64,000 nucleotides of DNA from NCBI RefSeq assembly GCF_004010195.1, contig NC_057757.1, positions 1,717,907-1,781,906 on the forward strand, read 5' to 3'. The translations under genes and the position numbers were made by a program. How positions within the stretch are numbered: position 1 is the stretch's first letter; each line of letters opens with the position of its first letter. Below the pieces are notes generated by a model that worked only from the letters and a program-made list of their open reading frames with translations, was not told where the DNA came from and ran no database searches. Shown one piece after another: positions 63,222-64,000 of this stretch. Source of the stretch: Chiloscyllium plagiosum (taxonomy: Eukaryota).

Positions 63222-63733
63222 CTGAAAATGTGTTGCTGGAAAAGCGCAGCAGGTCAGGCAGCATCCAAGGAACAGGAGAATCGACGTTTCGGCCCTTCTT
63301 CAGGAATGAGGAAAGTGTGTCCAGCAGGCTAATATAAAAGGTAGGGAGGAGGGACTTGGGGGAGGGGCGTTGGAAATNNNNNNNNNNNNNNNNNNNNNNN
63401 NNNNNNNNNNNNNNNNNNNNNNNNCTTGGACTCAGCACCGCCTTCTTGACCTGCAATCTTCTTCCCGACCTCTCCGCTCCCAACCCCTCTCCGGCCTATC
63501 ACCCTCACCTTGACCTCCTTCCACCTATCGCATTTCCAATGCCCCTTCCCCAAGTCCCTCCTCCCTACCTTTTATCTTAGCCTGCTGGACACACTTTCCT
63601 CATTCCTGAAGAAGGGCTTATGCCCAAAACATCGATTCTCCTGTTCCTTGGATGCTGCCTGACCTGCTGCGCTTTTCCAGCAACACATTTTCAGCTCTGA
63701 TCTCCAGCATCTGCAGTCCTCGCTTTCTCCCCG
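63222..63733 (+). mobile_element. Short fold-back Penelope-like insertion spanning a small N gap
   Basis: Inverted arms 63222-63377 / 63532-63694. Perfect 14-bp TSD ACTAGTTAGCAGAA (63208-63221 / 63734-63747). Hammerhead-like motifs in both arms. Confidence 0.85.
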
Positions 63734-64000
63734 ACTAGTTAGCAGAAGCCAGCATACGACATTCACAGCAGTTCTAAATGATACTGTTAACTAAAATTGA
63801 AGTTCATGGAAGTCACAGCAAATTATTGACTTAGTTAGGAGACTTGTGAGACAATTAGAGGTAGTCAAGTATTAAGCATGTACTCAAATTTAGTGAAACT
63901 GTACAGCACCCATGGACCTGGACCAGGGCCTCAACTGTTCAGTATATTTATTAATGACCCATGTGCAGTTCTAGGCACCCAAATCATGGATTGAACCAGG

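Overview
Eukaryotic, repeat-rich vertebrate DNA, most likely a shark or other elasmobranch (inferred from HE1/V-SINE-type SINEs, CR1 LINEs and abundant Penelope-like elements). One complete gene is present: a 7-exon class II eIF4E (4EHP) on the + strand, ATG 19044 to TAA 58641, 234 aa. Its residues resemble the eif4e2rs1/eIF4E-2B paralog more than human EIF4E2. The window opens inside a Ser/Thr-rich mucin-like exon built from 39-bp repeats (1-757). The rest is mostly nested mobile DNA: two decayed endogenous retroviruses (7358-16815 +, 41330-46920 -), a deleted Tx1 LINE, CR1/L2 fragments, solo LTRs, several fold-back Penelope-like insertions carrying minimal hammerhead ribozyme motifs, and a decayed tRNA-Gly copy. 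The most notable observation is that the two ERVs have dissimilar LTRs and different TSD lengths yet share a long, blockwise-conserved non-coding pre-gag module whose hairpins carry pairing-compatible substitutions. All calls were made by eye; repeat boundaries are approximate unless a TSD is quoted.
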